Source: a candidate division FCPU426 bacterium
GTDB lineage: Bacteria > Oederibacteriota > Muellerivitia > Muellerivitales > Muellerivitaceae
Direction: 5' to 3'
Assembly: GCA_963830915.1 (NCBI GenBank)
Contig: CAWHOE010000066.1
Location: 1 to 38,007 of the forward strand
DNA length: 38,007 bases
The notes under the pieces are model-generated. The model was not told where the DNA came from and ran no database searches. It was given only the letters and a program-made list of their open reading frames with translations. The number at the start of each line of letters is the position of its first letter. The first letter of the stretch is position 1. Of the stretch, positions 37,465 to 38,007 are shown in pieces. The position numbers were made by a program, and so were the translations under genes.

Positions 37465-37869
37465 TTGCACACGCACCAGACCGATAGTTTTCTTCTACTT
37501 TGTATGTTTTGGGCCACCAAGTACATTTGCTACTTCCTGGCTTTATACTTCGCCTTTCACGGAGCCGCCAACCTGGTCCGGGGGACCGGGCATGTGTTCC
37601 ACTATGCCTTTAAAACCTTCCGCAAATACTCATTCAGCTTTTTGCTCGTTTCGATCTATTGCTTCATCATCGCCGCCGCCTTTTACAACGTGACCACTTC
37701 CCGTTTCTTGACTTTCATAGAGCCTTATTACTTCAAAAACATCCTTATTACCCTGGCTTGCGAAGTCGTGATCATCTTTCTCCCTATCAACCTCAAAAAC
37801 ACCTTTGTCTTTGAAGCCGAACAACACCAAACACGCATTAACACTCCTGAAGAAACGGTGAACCAATGA
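37465..37869 (+). CDS. Hypothetical membrane protein (about 3 TM helices)
   Basis: RBS AAGGAG, TTG start, hydrophobic segments. Confidence 0.65.
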   Translation: MHTHQTDSFLLLCMFWATKYICYFLALYFAFHGAANLVRGTGHVFHYAFKTFRKYSFSFLLVSIYCFIIAAAFYNVTTSRFLTFIEPYYFKNILITLACEVVIIFLPINLKNTFVFEAEQHQTRINTPEETVNQ

Positions 37870-38007
37870 AAAAAGCCGACAAACAAAACAAACCTAAGAA
37901 ACAGGGAGCTAAAATCCTTTTGTTCAAGCCCCGCGAGGATAGTTACCTCAATGGGGACCAGGTGACATCGATCATCAACAAGAAGTACCCCCACCTCTTT
38001 GTTAAAA
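37866..38007 (+). CDS. Hypothetical protein, partial
   Basis: ATGA-coupled ORF 'MKKADKQNKPKKQGAKILLFKP...' open to the window end. Confidence 0.5.
   Translation, partial: MKKADKQNKPKKQGAKILLFKPREDSYLNGDQVTSIINKKYPHLFVK

Noticed and set aside
1..38007. Prophage or integrated ICE boundary
   Set aside because: No structural genes, integrase or att-like duplication of the tRNA 3' end in the window; plasmid versus ICE cannot be settled here.

Overview
Part of a large conjugative plasmid-like element; no integrase or phage structural gene lies in the window. (1) 1-11.6 kb is the transfer/replication backbone: the end of a VirB4-like ATPase, a TPR-GGDEF protein, an AbrB-type regulator, a probable counter-transcribed RNA, an HTH Rep carrying internal 22-bp-period iterons, ParA/ParB, a type IV coupling protein and a Replic_Relax (MOBC-like) relaxase. 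(2) 11.6-23.2 kb is an establishment/anti-defence-like island: three toxin-first RelE/HigBA modules, a stand-alone FliG C-terminal domain, SpoVG-like, JAB/RadC and ArdC genes. Its spacers are built from reused, covarying folded modules: a three-way-junction motif (4 copies plus one 'empty' copy), about 9 hairpins ending in a conserved CAC(A)(A/C)CCA tail, and 135-bp direct repeats around ardC. It also holds an atypical tRNA-Gly-like gene with an enlarged anticodon arm enclosed by a 13-bp stem. (3) 23.2-38 kb is AT-richer cargo of secreted proteins, including a 2760-aa NHL/CBM3-like surface protein. The best candidates for undescribed biology are the folded-element system, the aberrant tRNA and the FliG-C protein. 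Several single-base frameshifts fall in or near homopolymers, so assembly error must be excluded first. All family calls come from motif recognition by eye; no searches were run.
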